A DNA stretch of 64,000 nucleotides from Saccostrea echinata (lineage: Eukaryota). The translations under genes were made by a program, and so were the position numbers. Below, in pieces: positions 11,441 to 25,520 of the stretch. The stretch covers positions 6,510,001-6,574,000 of the forward strand of contig NW_026889779.1 in NCBI RefSeq assembly GCF_033153115.1, read 5' to 3'. The notes below the pieces were generated by a model. The model saw only the letters and a program-made list of their open reading frames with translations. It was not told where the DNA came from and ran no database searches. Position 1 is the stretch's first letter. Each line of letters starts with the position of its first letter.

Positions 11441-13167
11441 ATGACTGTTTTCCTTGTTATTATTGCTGCTGCATTTGCTTTGTTTGATGTCGCATATTAC
11501 ATTAGAGTTGTAATTTCAATAATTCTGTACACACGAAAAGGAAAATTTAGGCGAATGTCCATTTTGGATGAAAGTATGATAAATGGTAACGTAACCAGGT
11601 TAACCTCTCTGATGGAGGGGCGGGTCAAGGAATTTGTCCAAATCTATGGTGCACTTAACTAGTTATCCTAAAAACGATATCTCTTCTTCACACAACTATC
11701 ATTTCTAATCTGAAATTTATTTTTTAAAAAAAATGCAGCTTTTATCATTTTCTTTACTCTAATGGTACATAAAGAATGTGGGTACATTTAACTGTTTAAT
11801 TGATGCATGTATGGATTATCTGATACACCAGGAATCGGTTTGCCTTGAAACTTTTATTGAGCAAATATTTTAGCATTCTAATGATATACTGGCTCCTGTG
11901 ATGTAAGAAAAAAAAATCTTTTAATTTGCTAAAATATTACTCCAGATGCTTCAGACAGGGATGTATAATTTCTTTCAATTGAATTCAAATAGTGCTCTTC
12001 AGTATTTCTGAGATGTGCATTAATGCTAAAGAAATATTTATCTTGTTAATGAATTCACAAAATGTATTGAAAACTACTCCGAGACTGTGTGCTTTTAATT
12101 TTTAATTATTCTGAACTTTTTTAATACAGGAGTCTGTTGGACAAGTGATCTAGATGCAAATTGGCACATGAATAATTCCCGCTATCTCCGTGAGTGTGAC
12201 TTTGCCAGGATGAAACTATTTCTGGAAAAGGGCATTTTTAGTGGACTTTGGAAAAGCAATGCTTCAATAACTAATGGTGGAAGTACAATAAGATACAGAA
12301 AATCTCTACAACTCATGGACTTTTTCCTCATAAAATCAAAAGTGAGATATTGATCTGATTTTCATTGTGTAGTTGTTTGGGCTATGGATATCAGCCTTGG
12401 TACAAATGTAGCTCAGTAGGTAGAGCACCTGACTAGTGACGCAGGGGTCCTGGGTTCAATTCCTGGTCCAGCCATACATTTTCTTCTTTCCTGTTTCTTA
12501 ATTAAGTGTAGTGAGCATCCCTGCATGAACTTGCAGGTGAAAGTCCTGCAAAGGGCAAATAAGAACTTGGGTTGCGTCTTCGAGGGTGAAATAAATTTAA
12601 GGAGGGAGGAATGTAGTGGTTTGGGCCATGGATATTTGCCTGGGTAGCTTAGTAAGTAGATCACGTAAGTAGTGATGCGGGGATCCCGGGTTTGATTCCT
12701 GGTCCAGCCATACATTCTCCTTTCCTGTTGCAATTGCTAACATTTTGATCTTCATGTATAAAAATTGATTAGAGAACATAAAATTTTATTTAATCAAGGT
12801 TTTTAATTGGGGATAATTTATTGTTAATGAAAACTACATGTATATATAACAATTAAGGAAGAGCAATTCTCATTACCTTCAATTTAGAGAGTACAAGTAT
12901 AGTCGTCAATAGACCACATTTCTCTTCTCCTTTCAGATACTCCACTGGGATTCAAAGGCATTTTACCTAGAGCATCAAATAATAGAAACAAAAACCAACT
13001 TTGTGTCGGCTATTGCACTGGTCAAAATGGTTGTGAAAGGAGCCAGTCCAGACACAGTGCTAAATAAAATGGACATCAACTTAAAATCACCAACACCACC
13101 ACCTGAGCTACAAAAACTTATAGAACTAAATCAGATCTCTAGTGAAAAACTCAGAAAAGCTATGTAA
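11441..13167 (+). CDS. THEM6: Protein THEM6 (thioesterase superfamily member 6)
   Basis: Exons 11441-11585, 12130-12341, 12937-13167, all GT-AG and in frame. Hydrophobic N-terminus with FDVxYYIR; motif CWTSDLDANWHMNNSRYLRECDFAR; TIRYRKSL; HWDSKAFYLEH; PxPPPEL near the C-terminus. Confidence 0.9.
12368..12732 (+). mobile_element. TRIM (miniature non-autonomous LTR element) whose LTRs contain a tRNA-derived Pol III promoter (Helenus-type)
   Basis: Direct repeats 12368-~12499 and 12612-12732 both start tgtag and contain A-box (tagctcagtaggtagagc) and B-box (ggttcaattcc) matches; purine tract aaggagggaggaa (12599-12611) abuts LTR2; LTR2 ends CA; 4-bp TSD ATTG (12364-12367, 12733-12736). Confidence 0.8.
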
Positions 13168-13538
13168 ACTGTAACTTATCAATGATATAATCAATGTAAA
13201 CTGTGATAAAGAAATTAATCAGTATCTAATGGAAACTCAAGGAAACCATGTAATGTTAACAATGTATTTTAGAATAAGGTCATTTTAAAACATTATAGTG
13301 GCAGGAGCAGTATTAATATCAGAGACTGTTTCTTTCTAACTACTACTGAGGTACCTTTTTTCCACATGGTATTAATTTACGAGGTATGCTATGTATGCAG
13401 TCACAAATTTTTCGCAGAAGTTTGTCCAAGCATACTTTAAGTACATTTAAGACATGTAGTAGCGATCTAAGAAATCCACATATTTTTTTACTCCGGGATA
13501 TTACAGAAATTGATTCTGCGGAATTTTGACTCCATAAA

Positions 13539-14305
13539 AACATAGGTAATCAAAGATTACGAAGCTCACCTCGACGAAGGTTATCTATAAGTAAGGCAAA
13601 TCTCACATCATATTTTTTCTAGTTAGTGTTCATCCCAAGATCAATATCCATACAAGTTTGGCTTAAGAAGGACTTATAGATACTTGGAAATAGACCTGCT
13701 CAAAAAACTTTTAACCTGTTTACTAATCAAGAAAATTTGGTCAGTTCCAACATCCAAAGCAAGTCTGGAAGTTTTCATCCTTAGATGCACCATCCATGCA
13801 AGTTTAATCATAACATGTCATAATATTATATAGCTACTCCAAAAACATTACTCTGGTCACTCATCTGGAAAATGTAGGTCAGATTCAGAATCCAAAACAA
13901 GTCTGAAAGTGTCCATCCTAAGATACATCATTAAAATATGGCTAAAATTCACTCATCTGGAAAATCTAGGTCAGATTCAGCATCCGAAGCAAGTGTGGTA
14001 GTGTCCATCCCTAGTTGCATCAGCCATGCAAGTTTGGTTCAGGTAGGGCTTATAGTTACTTGGGAATGGACCTGCTCCAAAAACTTTAACCTGGTCACTT
14101 ATCTGGAAAATCTAGGTCAGATCCAGCATCCGAAGCAAGTGTGGTAGTGTCCATCCCTAGATGCATCATCCATGCAAGTTTGGTCCAGGTAGGGCTTGTA
14201 GTTACTTGGGAATGGACTTGCTCCTAAAACTTTAACCTGGGACATTGACGCCAACGCTGGGTGTATAGCATAAGCTCATCTCGACTTCGTCGAGGTGAGC
14301 TAAAA
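13539..14305 (-). mobile_element. Helentron-associated non-autonomous element (HINE-like) with ~147-bp internal repeats
   Basis: Terminal hairpin gtaatc-aaa-gattac; subterminal inverted repeats agctcacctcgacgaag / cttcgtcgaggtgagct; A-run at the end; repeated ggtcagat.cagcatccgaagcaagtgtggtagtgtccatccctag units. Confidence 0.7.
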
Positions 14306-15237
14306 AGTACATTTTCAGTATGTATTATTTCATCATCTTACCTGATATCAAATAAAAGGGTTCAACTCTGTTTAATCTAAGATTCTTTATTATGTCTTCC
14401 TTTCAGTGCCTCTTGTTTTACCACAAATTCAAATGTTTATTAGCAATCTGTCAGTGAAATGATATGTATTGAAAAGATACCATATGCTATTGGACATCTA
14501 GGGTGAAATGAACATTGATAATAATATGAGATACGTAGATATTCATATCATTGAAGCAGAGAAACTTTTCGCATTAATTCAATGTTATTAAAGCTGGTGG
14601 GTATCTTTAATAATATATTCCTCTTTTGGAAGAAGTTCCTTTATTTTGTTAATTTATATACAAATTGCAAAATTATGCATACTTAAGTTTGACGTGCTAC
14701 TGAGGATGCATAACAAATTATGAAATTTATTCAACATTCATACTTAAATGATACTCAAAAAGTCACTTGAAATGAGTGGCTGGTTTGGATGAGACCCTAA
14801 AATCTTCAGATCTGTGTCATGGTAGGCATTAGCACACTAAAGAATCCTCATTGCTCAATGGCTTTGATTGCCAAGTAATGATATGTTTGAACCCTTTGAC
14901 CTGCATATTAAATGCTACATTTTGTAGCTATGTCTCGCACCCTTAAGTGGAACAACCTTGTAAGGGAAGTTAAACTTAAATCAATCAAGTAGTTGCAGCT
15001 GTTGTACATGTATAATAACACTTCATTGCAAATGTTCATTTATACCATATACATTTATCATTTAAATCATATATTATATACTACCTGAAGAATGTACCAC
15101 ATTAAAGTGCACATCAATACATGTACTGTAGATTTCTTGTTTTATAATATAGTGAAACTGATACTTGCATATGTAGACATCAAATTGTGAGAATATGAAT
15201 TCATCAATGGACTGTTGATAGATAGTGTTCATATGTA

Positions 15238-15403
15238 CAGTTAAACTTCAATATCTCAAACTCCAATATCTCAGATACTATGGATATGTCAAAGTGAATT
15301 GAAATTTAATATCATTGTATTTTAACCTCAATATTTTGAACCTCCTGATATCTCAAAGTTTTTTTCTTGGTCCCAAAGAGTTTGAGATAACAAGGTTTGA
15401 CTG
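15238..15403. mobile_element. Tc1/mariner-type MITE
   Basis: ta|cagttaaactt..atatctc ... gagataacaaggtttgactg|ta; TA TSD. Confidence 0.65.
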
Positions 15404-15968
15404 TATTTCAGAAAAATATTAAAAGTAATTTTTTGTGACTGGTGCTTCTCCCTAAATTACAGGAAACAAATTCCTCACATATACTAGTTTAAGGATTCTA
15501 CTGTATTTATCATCCTCATGACTTTAACCTCTATCTAGATGCTAGACTTTGATAGCGAGGGGCATGATCACGTTATGATCTTGACCTTTGCCATTAACAC
15601 AAATTATCATGCATATGTCTTAAAATCCAAGTTTATTTTCCATCTATTTTTAAAGTTTTCTTTTAGACCTGAACATATATGTTCTCAAACAGAGAAACTA
15701 TGAAAAAAAAATCCCAACTCCAATTTGTCAAGAATCTTCATAATGAAATAAGAAAGTTCTAAATGCTTATTAATTTATTAACAACAAATAACAGTGCATT
15801 CTCACTATGACATATCACTAGGACTTTGTTTATATGACACATGAGGTAGTTGTTAATGCTCACAATATATGATCAATCAAGTAAAATGCTACTTAAACTA
15901 CTAGTGCATTTATTTAATACTCTTCTCTTTACACTTCATACAAATTGTCATCTTTTCCCCCTCATTCT

Positions 15969-18900
15969 TTAGTTTTTCAGCATAACTTCTGTTGATTTAA
16001 ATCTGGAAAATAAGAGAAAAAAATATTTTATTCTTGAACACAAGGAGGAAATTTCCAACCGATCTTTGGTTTAGGGAATATCCACTTTTAAGACCAACTT
16101 TTTTCGCTTATGGTTCCCTTAGAAGAGGGAGTGGTTCTATAAGTACAGGCGTTATTTACTTGGAGGGCCCTAAACTCAAAATGCTAAGAATTCATCTACA
16201 CATTGCATTACAAAGGAAGTCTGTTTTGGTAATCAGAGCCTGATTTTACACACACTTCTTGTCTAATATTGAGGTTCCTCCTAATTTTTGATAAAGAATG
16301 CACTACATTAAAGTACAGTAAAATATCCTTAAAAGGAAGTGCCATGCAGGGACAGATATTTTTGCTTCATTGTAAACATAAATCGTTATATCCATTAAGT
16401 TCACAATATATTTTGAAGTCACAGGGAATGAAAATCACTTCGCTGTAAGCAATTATTCATTTTAAGCGTGTTCACTACACACATATTTCACTGTATGTTG
16501 GTCAATTTAAAATAGGCTTAAGAAAAGTTTTGATCATGGCTTTGCTGGGCCTGGAATAAAGATTTTTAAAAGAAATTTCCTAATATTCTCCTTTACAATA
16601 TATGGTAAGGACAGGAAATAAAATTTTTCTAAGTGACCTTGAACTTCATTAAATGACTTGGTTCAAGGTAACAACACACATTAAGATCATAAACAATCTT
16701 TGTATGAAGTATGAACTTCCAATCCTTCTCCATAAAGAAGGTGAAGACTAGACAAGAATTTTATACTTTTTCTGCCAGTGACCTTATTTCAAGGTCATGA
16801 GGTTCCAATGATTCTCCATTACAAAGTTTTTAAATGTCTCTGTAAGTTACCTTGAACTTGCCAAAATGACCATGGGTCAAGGTAATGACACACCCTTAGG
16901 ACATAAGAAATCTTTGTACAATATATGAATTTCCAATGACTCTTAATTACAAATTTATAGCCAAGACAAGTTTGCACTTACTGAAGGACCATGTAATTCC
17001 TATATACTCCTAGAAGGAGAATAAGCCAACAAACGTGCGCTCATACTTAATTTTACAAAAAACATATTCAAAACAAACTTCTAGCTTCCATTGTTATGAC
17101 TGCGTTAACCTTGACTTGACTTCGATTGACCTGTTGAATATTACAATTCATCATGTGATGTCCACCTGCGAGTGTACTCGTGAAAACAATTACATTGTAT
17201 TCTTCAACCAGACCTCGATCTGAATCACATCTTGGAGCCTGTTTGGTTGCAATATTTTCAGAATTTACCGTAATAGCAAATTAAATGTTATTATAATTTT
17301 GCGTTTCCTTGCATTTTTTAAAAATTTCATACTGATATTGCTGTTATATACCATACACATATTTGAATTTCTAAAGAGAGGGAGAAGGAGAGAGAGATGT
17401 AGACACTGATGCCGATCGATAGCCCCGCCTTCTATTAATATTGATTATGTGACCTAAAAACCACTATGGGTACATGTCAAATTCCAGACGGTGACACTAA
17501 TGCATCGTTGCATCAATTTTGATTCATAGCAACAAGGCATTGCTTTTGTACGAATTTTCAACTTATTATAATCATGTACACGTAGATCTTTCTATTGCTT
17601 GTAAAATATTTAGGAATCACTTCATTTACAGCTTGGTAGAGGAATTGCAAAAAGATCCAAAACAGGGTGTTAAGTCCACTCATTCTTTGCTTTCCATGTC
17701 ATGGTTAACCTGTGTCAAAAGTTTGATGACCATCAAGGGAGCAAAGGTCCTCAAAAATACTGGTCATGAAACACTGGTCTACACCCTGACCAACCTAAAT
17801 GTACCATCTGATCAGCAGGTGCAGAGCAATATGCCCCATTCTTTGAAGGTAAAGCAGAATATAAACTTACAGATTTTTAATCCTGTTCACTTGACTCTGG
17901 GTGTCTGTATCCCCAGTTGGGAGGTTCATTGATTCCCCCAGCACTATCTGTGTGTCCATCTCAACAGTATTGTGTTCTGGGGTACTGGATCGCCGTGGGT
18001 CAGTTGTGTCATTATTAGTGGAACAAAATGTTGTTTCTGGAGTTCTGTGTTGGTGAGGGGTACTTGCCACATGACGAATTGGTGAAAACATGACCAGAGT
18101 TGACTCGTCATACAAGGCAGACTGATACGGAGGAGCTTTGTACTTGGGAGATTTCTCTGTTGTCTGATTTGTGGTAATCTGTTGAGGCTCTGTATTGTTT
18201 CTTTCCTGTCCTGACACTGTTACAGGATTATCTTTAATACAGAAATTGATTCTGCCATGTTTGAAAATATACTACATAACTCAAAGGAAATGGTTTTTCA
18301 AAATCTTTATAAATATATCACCTTTACAATTCCAATTGTTAAATTTTATAATACAGTATGTGTCATGTGTCAATGATTTTAGTTTGCCAAATCCTCCTAC
18401 AAATGCATTATGACTATGAGAATTTTTTCAATCCAAATTTTTCATCTGAGCACTGCACTTCCATTACATGTTAAAGCCATAATAAAAATATTCCTAAATT
18501 CTCATCACTGCCTGCCTTGATTTTTTTTTAATTTTTGATTATCTTCTTCTTGATTCTGATCGGGATCAGTATTCAATTTACCCTTCAACTTTTGTTTTAA
18601 ATCCCGCAAATGACAGTGTGAATTTGACAGCTGACAAAATGGTAATAGCTTTAATTAAGAAATAATTCCTGTATCAGAGGAATTGTTGGATAATGTACCC
18701 CAATGGTTGAGAGATTTTGCTGGCAAATAAAAATTGAGCCTGAAATGCAAGGTTTTATTTGCCAACAAATTTTCAAGACTGAGGGGAATATTCTCCAACA
18801 TTTCCAACTACAAGGGAATTATTTTTATTCTGCTATTTTTATATTTTTGAATATTTAAACTAATGCAGAAGCTAGATTTGGCCGTCATCATAAGTGTCTT

Positions 18901-21900
18901 ATGATGTCACAATTGAACGCTATCTTCGTTCATTTGTATCTCAAGGAAAAACCCAAAGTATTTTTTTCCACCAATTTACACCACAATCAAAAGATACCTC
19001 TATCTTTTTCCTAGTGAAGGCAGTCAAAATAGAGGAAACCAATTTAAAATAATCGATAATTTAATTTGTTGATGATGTTTGTGATTAATTGAAGAATAAT
19101 GGTCGTGGCATCTCTTTGATATTTGCAATAATCATAGTAGAATATGTACTAAACAAGGATCATTGGTTGTGAAAGATTGGTGAGGATGTGTAGTGAGGGA
19201 TATGTACATTAAAATGGACCACTACTACGACTTTTATTTGGACGCAGTAGATAAATCCACACCAACTGATCAGGTCAACAATAAAATCTGTAGAATGGAA
19301 TAAATAAAAAATATAAAATAAATTTCACCCACCCACCTTGATTTTTCAAAAAACTTAGATGAGAATCTAGGATTTTTTTCATTATGGCCCAACCATCTTT
19401 TTTTTTCAAATCTATATTGACACATGTTTAGTGACTTATATATGTGGGCTTTTTCTTATCAATTGACATTATCATATATATGTAGTAAAGTTGTATATGT
19501 ATATGTCCTATGTTAAGTATTCACCCTATGGAGTAAAAAATTAATGTTGAAACAACCAATGCTCATTTCTAAAGTGTATGCATCTTTAAATTCATTATTC
19601 AACCTTATGGCTGACAAAAAGCACTTTTTATTATACATTTCATTAAACTTAACAGTAAATTCAAACATTGATGACCATTTCCTGTACCTGCTTTGTTCTT
19701 TAGAGTAGTGCTGCTAGGAGGTCTGGTAATTTCTGTTGTGATATAATTCTGCTGCCGCTGATCGTGAAGATTGGTAACACCACCAGACATTTCAGATCGC
19801 TGAGATGCTACATTGTGATTAGTAGACGGTGGTAAAGTCGGCACCTCTTTTCGTTGAGAACCAGCTACAACTGCCTCGATCTACAAGCATAATTTTGAGC
19901 AAAAAAATATGTTAAATTTATTTCTACCAACGCTTTTATTCATCTTAAAATTCTTCTGAGTTTTGTAGGGGTGCAACGATACACTAACCTCACGATACGA
20001 TACGTATCACGGTATTCAGTTCACGATACGATACGTATTATGATACAAGACAAGGTTAAAAAGTCTTTCAAGTTTGTATTCATATTTTTTTTAAAACTTG
20101 ACAGGGTTATACAAAATGTTCATATTTTAATAATAATGATTAACATAACATTTTGTTAACTTGAATTGGATTGTTAGGTAGATCTTTGAGTTGTGACAAC
20201 ATTCTAAACCAATAATGAACATTTACAGGGAACTATGGGGACCTTTTCCAATAATCTTCCTTTTAAATTGGAATGAAAAAGGAAGACATTCATTCTTTTA
20301 TTCCTTTTTTATTTACGTAGAAAACCAGTTGTCATATTTCTCGTGTTAATAAGTTTTAGTCAACAAGAAAACGAGTTTTCATGGAATACACACCGTGATG
20401 AAATATCGTATATTACCAAAGAATACGTTTAGATCTAAGGGGTTTATCATTTGTCTTAATACCTATAACTTATAATCACATTAAGTCCTTCTCTGTGTTA
20501 AGTCCTTCTCTGTGTTAAATCTGAGGTCTGCAAGATGCTGGAGATGAGTTTAACTGCTGTAAATGCGTTATCGGCGACATCGAGTTTTGCGCGGAAGCCA
20601 TTTTGAAATAGTAAGAAAGGAAATAAAACGGACAAAACGGATAATTCTGGACCGATTGAACCGAACCGCGATATCAGTTTAGCGTGTCATGAATTGAACC
20701 GGGGAAAAATATACCGTGATATACCGTCAAACGGTTTATCGTTGCACCCTTAGAGTTTTGGCAAATCATACCTTGCTTTCCATAATAGAAACTCTGTTTT
20801 CTACAAGAATCATGCGTGCATTCAGAGACTCAATAGACCTAGTTAATCCAGACTCTAGAGTCCCAAAACACTTAGTCAGCTGTTCTATTGCCTAAAAACA
20901 AAAGTTTTATAGCACAACATTAGAAACACACAAAGATGTCTTTTAGGAAGGAATAATTGTGCAAAGTTCTCTATCTTCAAATTATTGTACATCTGTCTGC
21001 TTAAGTGCTAAATTTTTACTAGTACTGGTACAAGAGTGCAAGTTTATTAAAACTGTCGAAGTAACATTCAAAATTTATACATGTTTGAGTTGATTCTATG
21101 GTACATGTATATTAGCTATCACCTTGAGTATATGAGTTTCATTTAACATATGCTGGCTGTCCTGGCCAGCTTGAGGCTGTTGAGGATTGCTGTTGCTGTT
21201 TCTCTCTGTTTCAACTGTTTCCCCATTATGAGGCTCCATGATGGAATGTGCTGGTGTAGCAGCCATGACTGTCTCTATACCTTCTTCTTCATCATCATCT
21301 TCATCCTCCTCCATATAGAACTGAGCATGACCTGGGATATCTGAAACAAAAGAGGCTCATGGGTAAGAAGGATCACTGAATTATGCATCCATCTAAAAAC
21401 ATTCTAGGGCTTGGAAGATATAACAAAATATTGATATCATATTAATAACAATTCTGTGCAAGGACAATACATGTAGAAATATTGACACATAAAACAAAAT
21501 TTATGACCTTCTTTTCTTTTTTCACTTAGTTTTGAAATATAAAATAAATATTTAAAATATATCAAATATGGAATATATAATAAATAACACTGCTTTTGAT
21601 ACATAATTTTGTTTAACAACAAATATAAAGCTACTGTGACTAAATTATTCTTACTCAACTACAAAATGAAAATATTTTGATACTTATCATATCATGGCAC
21701 AATTACCATGATACACATCAATACAGAAGGAAGCATATCATCCCAGACCTAGAATTTTCCTCATCACAGCTATATACAACAATCATAAATTTATAGTTTA
21801 GTTTGTCACTGAATTTGTGGTCCACAACTTGCAGGTTTTTAGCTCACCTGAGCTGAATTGTGCAAGGTCACTGCATTCCCTTAACCCAAGGGCACTTGGT

Positions 21901-24803
21901 AGGTTAAATATGAATCCAAATGGAACAAGGGGAGAAAAAATATGCTTAATACAAATGAAATCGAATGGATAGGTCAGTCACAAATAATTTTAAAAAGACG
22001 TACCACTAGAAAATGGAATAGACGATCTGGTTTTTGCAATGCTAGGAGTGACAACTGCCCAATTAAATCCTCTAACATTTCTACCAGCAGATGGCAGCAC
22101 CTCTTTGGTGACCCTAGGTGGAGAGGTCACACTGGCTACATGAACTGGAGGTGACCTCTGTGTGATGGCTTGGTCTAAAGATTCTGATGAAGATGTGTCA
22201 GCATCTTTCATTGGTGAGTGGTTGTCGAGTAATTTGTTATTTGATCCATGGTGAGCTGTATGCCTTGGAATGTTCTCAACTGGTTGAAGTAATTCATTGA
22301 CAACCTGCTGGATGATTTTTTTTTTATTAAAAATTTATTGTTTTTGGCTAAAACAAATGCCAAAACTTTAATATCTGTTATCTCATCTTGAAACATAGAT
22401 AATCAAAGATTACAAAGTTAGAAAAAGAAGCAAAGTTTCAGGCCATATGAATGATCTGGTTATGTGCATTGGTATATTATTAAACATCTAATGTGTGATA
22501 TTTCAAAAATGAATAACATTTTGTAAATACCTCAAATTTAACAGCTTTTATATTTTGTATACGATTATTATTTTTTAAAACTTTTGTACCCTTTGTACAT
22601 AATTTGACAATACTATAATTGGTTACAATGTCTTCAAATCATCTGATTACAAAAAAACAAAAGTACACTATAAAGGTACGTTAAAGTAGTACTTGATTTA
22701 CCTGAGGATGGTCAACATCTGTCAGTGAGCGAGGAGAAACAACCACATTCTTAGGGTCTGATAGTCCCTCCCTCTGTGAACCATAGGTTTCTATGGATGA
22801 CCTGGATCTCCTGGAGTTGTTAGGTCTTACTTGGGTCAGGTCAGTCACTTTTGCCTTGTTAGGCTTTAAAAATTTATTGAACATTAAACTAACAATATTG
22901 CATCACATCAACAAAAAACATGGTTTTATATATGAAAATTTGTTGATCTTAAATATCTTCTAAATTATATGACAAAGAGTGACATTTTCCATGTATTTTT
23001 TGAATGGCCCTCATATAAGTACATTTTAATTACTAACCTTCATGGAGACCACCTGTCCCAGGTTACTAGTCGTTGTTGTGGGTGCCTTTTTCTGAGGCTG
23101 TAGAGACTTATTCTTTTGTTGAATCAGTTTCATCACTTCTGTGCACATGATAATTTTTCTTTCAACAAAACCATTGTTGAAAAACTGTTCCTTTGTAACA
23201 GGAGGTTTATAATGAAACAAGTCCCTCAGAATCTGCAATTGCATATTTGATTAATATAGGGGTGAAATGGTTCACCGCAGTATCGATTCACCACAGTATT
23301 TATTCTCGGTTTGATATATGGTGCAAAATTTCCATTTTTGGTTTGGTTCATTTTTTGGTTGGGATCGTTATTCAGTCAGGTTTAGCATAGGTAAAACATG
23401 CTACTCAGTGTAATAAAAATCTAAAAAAGTAAATGTTTGAGGACTGATACTTTGTAAAATAATTTTTAACAGTAAATTCATTGTTATCAATGTCTTCTAG
23501 TCAATTTGCACTTAGATTTAGTGACTGGAATTAGTGAAACAAAGCATAAAACGTCTAATTTGCTTCCTGCTATCAAAATGTATTGTATCGAAAATAACTG
23601 TACCGAGACAAAATTATACAATACATATCGTATCATGAGGGAGGCGTATTGTTTCACCCCTAGATTAATAATACCATAACTACAAAAGGAAAGCAAACTA
23701 GGCAGTAAAAAGAGACAAAAAAAATCACTAAATTTTAAAAGATTGACATCAATATCAATTTCTGTCCTGTACATGTTAAGGTCAGACCACACTTTTCTCA
23801 ATAAAATATAATTTTTTCCAATCCTATTGGAAATCACTACACTGCGAAAATTTTTATTTACTTAAACATTTGAAAAGACAAAACAGTTAAAAAATCACAA
23901 GACAATGATAATTATGATTTATTTTATCATATATTACAAAGAGATAAAAACAGATATTCTGGCAATGTGTCGTCAGATTTTAACTATTAGTATATACATG
24001 TATATAAACATCTGCCCCCACCTTGTAGCATCCCTCCATAAATCGTAGATCTGTCTTAGTATACAACTCTGTGTCTGTACTAGCAATCAGTTCTGCTATG
24101 GAACAGCTGTATGTGGTAAATGCGTAGTGGTAGATGGGAAGAAGGGCTGAGGCCTTACCCTGTGCAAGTCTAAAGTAGTAAGAATTTTTTTTAACCACAT
24201 TAAAAATTTTCCAATTTAAGTTGAATTCAAATACATGCCTACTTGTTTTGGTAAAGCATAGAGTAAAACAAGATACAGTATTTATTATATAAATAAAATT
24301 AATGCAATTTAGTAATTCATCATCAAGATGTTTGCTATAAACATGTGATTTTTACTGTACTAGCTCTTACAACTTTATTGGTCATGAGTATTAGAGTATT
24401 CAAGGAATATGTGTTGCCTACTTAATTAATATAAACTTCAAGTAATAAGTTTCAAGTGGTAACCTTAAAATTACATTACAATACATGTATGTGATGTATA
24501 TCCTGAAATCTAAATTAGATGTTTCCATTAATGTTTCACTAGACCTGTATGTGGTTCTATATAATTATGTACTAAATGTGTGTTTAAATTCTCTTAGGCA
24601 GTGAAACAGATGAACCAATGAATTTATTCCTATGTGTTTGCAATGCAAGAAACTTAATTTTTTTTTTATTTGAACAACTAGTCTATAATAACTTGGTCAT
24701 CATCATGCGCATACCCATTCAAATCCAAACTTTCCTGGTACTTCATGATCTTCAGTTCTTTCTGAAGTTTTCTAATATTGTTGGTCAGATCACCAGTTGC
24801 CAT
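15969..24803 (-). CDS. CEP44: Centrosomal protein of 44 kDa
   Basis: Ten in-frame GT-AG exons: 24803-24715, 24169-24022, 23232-23038, 22863-22702, 22304-22004, 21340-21123, 20891-20772, 19880-19688, 18216-17871, 16002-15969. N-terminus MATGDLTNNIRKL...LPIYHYAFTTYS...KTDLRFMEGCYKILRDLFHYKPPVTKEQFFNNGFVERKI is the CEP44 domain; coiled coil SLNARMILVENRVLLLE; C-terminus VNRIKNLFKSTEVMLKN. Confidence 0.9.
16316..16493. mobile_element. Degenerate Tc1/mariner-type MITE
   Basis: ta|cagtaaaatat ... atatttcactg|ta. Confidence 0.5.
19966..20752. mobile_element. hAT non-autonomous element
   Basis: TIRs taggggtgcaacgata / tatcgttgcaccctta, subterminal cgata and accg repeats, 8-bp TSD GAGTTTTG (19958-19965, 20753-20760). 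Confidence 0.85.
23257..23662. mobile_element. hAT MITE
   Basis: TIRs taggggtgaaa / tttcaccccta, 8-bp TSD GATTAATA (23249-23256, 23663-23670). Confidence 0.85.
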
Positions 24804-25520
24804 GTTCTGCAAATACAATATTAAGCAAAATAAAAAAATACTTCTTTTAAAAATTGGGTGGGGATTGAGGCAAAGACATAAATGACATTCTTTTTTATGT
24901 TTCTGGTTGAAAAGATACTGGGGTAAGGCAAAAACCCTGTAGCTATTATCCAGGACTTATTAGTATATCCCATGTCCCTGCTATTATACAACAATTAAAA
25001 TTATTAAATGCACATGTATCGTTCAGCAACTTATTTCAACACACGCCTTAGCAAATAATCGCACCCTCAATCCCTCATATTCCACATGTTCCATAGCAGG
25101 AGTCCAGATGAGATGGGAGAAGGGGGGGGGGTTCCTGGAGAAAGTTCAGAGACCAGGGTTCAAAACCATCGATAGATTTTTTACCATCTGAACATGTGCA
25201 AATAAAAACATAACATTCAAAAAAGTCTTTGTTTTTTCAAGAAATAATAAGTTACCATTTGCTGCACTCACATCGATTATGCAGGAATTTACGAATTACA
25301 CTCCTGTTCAAGTTATTGTTTAAAACATGTTTTGGCGCGTCTTGGAGTGTGAATTATCGAGTACACCGTGCCCGACCCTTTTCATGTTAATTATTTATTA
25401 TACAACATACGAATAAGGAAGACTATTACGCTTGGGCAAAGCAGGGATCTAGTATATAGGTCCCTGGGCAAAGTAAATATTTGTAGAGGTTTGGTGACCC
25501 ATCATTCAAGAGTAATCTCA

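Noticed and set aside
12400-12472. Functional tRNA-Thr gene
   Set aside because: Acceptor stem is poorly paired and the sequence is part of the TRIM terminal repeat.
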